Sequence record: OQ828465.1
Reading direction: 5' to 3' (one strand)
DNA: 64,000 nt
Shown in pieces: positions 63,022 to 64,000 of this stretch (positions within the stretch are counted from its first letter, which is position 1; each line of letters starts with the position of its first letter). Position numbers and translations under genes: made by a program. The notes below the pieces were generated by a model, which was not told the DNA's origin, did not search any database, and worked only from the letters and a program-made list of their open reading frames with translations.

Positions 63022-63324
63022 ATGAGTTCAACAGTGAGCTGTCTAGCAAACGCGCTAGCTAATGGTATTAGTCTTATCGCTAAGAATAAAGTTCAAGTTG
63101 GTATGATTCTACAAGCAACACAGGATATTTGGATCATGCGTACTTGTAAAAAGAATGGTTATCTAGAATGGAAGTTTGCCGATGAAGGAGATGACCTAAC
63201 CGTATTAGGCGTTGATGAGGGTAATCCCGAAGGCGGCTTTAGAGTTTTAAATGCCGACAATTATAATCAAATTGAAACTGTACAATGTACAGATATGGAT
63301 GATATTCTTCACGCATATAACTGA
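63022..63324 (+). CDS. Hypothetical SH3-like small beta protein
   Basis: 100-aa ORF with GAGGT SD. Confidence 0.8.
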   Translation: MSSTVSCLANALANGISLIAKNKVQVGMILQATQDIWIMRTCKKNGYLEWKFADEGDDLTVLGVDEGNPEGGFRVLNADNYNQIETVQCTDMDDILHAYN

Positions 63325-63332
63325 GGTGGTAT

Positions 63333-63545
63333 ATGTCAAATTCATTTAAAGCCGGTGACAAAGTTGTAGTCAATACAGATATTATTAATAGCACCGGTGA
63401 ATGCGGTTATGATCTTACACTATGTAAAGCTGGTACTGTAGTTATAATCGAATCTGTTAATGGAGACCATCTGTTAGTTTATCCATCTAATAGTGGTCCT
63501 AGTAATGGATTTTATGTTCATCTACATCAGGTTAATGCACAATGA
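63333..63545 (+). CDS. Hypothetical SH3-like small beta protein
   Basis: FKAGDKVVV...GTVVIIESV; GAGGTG SD. Confidence 0.8.
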   Translation: MSNSFKAGDKVVVNTDIINSTGECGYDLTLCKAGTVVIIESVNGDHLLVYPSNSGPSNGFYVHLHQVNAQ

Positions 63546-63919
63546 AACTTGAATGCATAAGAGATACTGCACAGATCTTCTACAGTAAAAGAGCTTTTAT
63601 AAAAGGTGATTATATTGGTAGCGAATATCATATTTACCAATTACTAACCCATCTTCATCATCGTATCGTTAATACACTTATTGAAATATATGATGATGAT
63701 TCACTAGCTGATGTGCTAAATAAAAGTCCTGATGATATTATCATCATGTTCTCTAAACATGCGACTAATGCGTATCAGCATTACAAAGTTCTTCGCCAAA
63801 ATATAAATGCTAAGATTGAAGAAGTAAATGCATCACGAAATAGGTATACCCTGTGGTCTAACTTAGTAGAGGATATTCTTAAGTTTAGACTATATTGCAG
63901 TAAACTAAAGGTTGGTTGA
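63542..63919 (+). CDS. Hypothetical protein
   Basis: 125-aa ORF with ATGA overlap. Confidence 0.75.
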   Translation: MKLECIRDTAQIFYSKRAFIKGDYIGSEYHIYQLLTHLHHRIVNTLIEIYDDDSLADVLNKSPDDIIIMFSKHATNAYQHYKVLRQNINAKIEEVNASRNRYTLWSNLVEDILKFRLYCSKLKVG

Positions 63920-63920
63920 G

Positions 63921-64000
63921 ATGATTGAATTTAATGCGACTGAAGTGGAAATGCTTGTTAAAACAGTTACTGGTGATTTATTTAACATCACCTATGGCGC
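63921..64000 (+). CDS. Partial CDS running off the window end (MIEFNATEVEMLVK...)
   Basis: ATG 1 nt after the upstream stop; open to the window end. Confidence 0.55.
   Translation, partial: MIEFNATEVEMLVKTVTGDLFNITYG

Overview
This is a 64-kb AT-rich segment of a phiKZ-like Pseudomonas jumbo phage genome (Phikzvirus/Chimalliviridae), covering roughly the phiKZ gp180 to gp26x interval. The gp numbers are inferred from recognisable anchor genes plus gene order, not from a database search. The left end carries late/virion genes: the virion RNA polymerase beta-prime subunit with the DFDGD motif, the 2,240-aa gp181-like protein with a C-terminal lytic transglycosylase, and gp182- and gp184-like genes. 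A minus-strand late block (gp201-203-like) includes an SF2 helicase. The rest is a dense plus-strand accessory region built from repeated units of intrinsic terminator, TATATTAC early promoter and short operon. It contains nucleotide-metabolism genes (tmk, dcd, thyA, a cytidine-type deaminase), an HD hydrolase, an RlaP-type nucleotidyltransferase, an SspB-like adaptor, SLOG and AAA proteins, and many small hypothetical proteins in paralogous families. The leading candidates for undescribed biology are: (1) an early-transcribed tandem array of exported two-cysteine helical paralogs (52.8-55.7 kb, plus one copy at 40 kb); (2) a GC-rich, highly structured non-coding RNA candidate at about 25.2-25.5 kb; (3) repeated terminator-promoter cassettes, including a 45-bp identical repeat. 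No tRNA, rRNA, CRISPR array or transposase was recognised. All structure and homology calls were made by eye.
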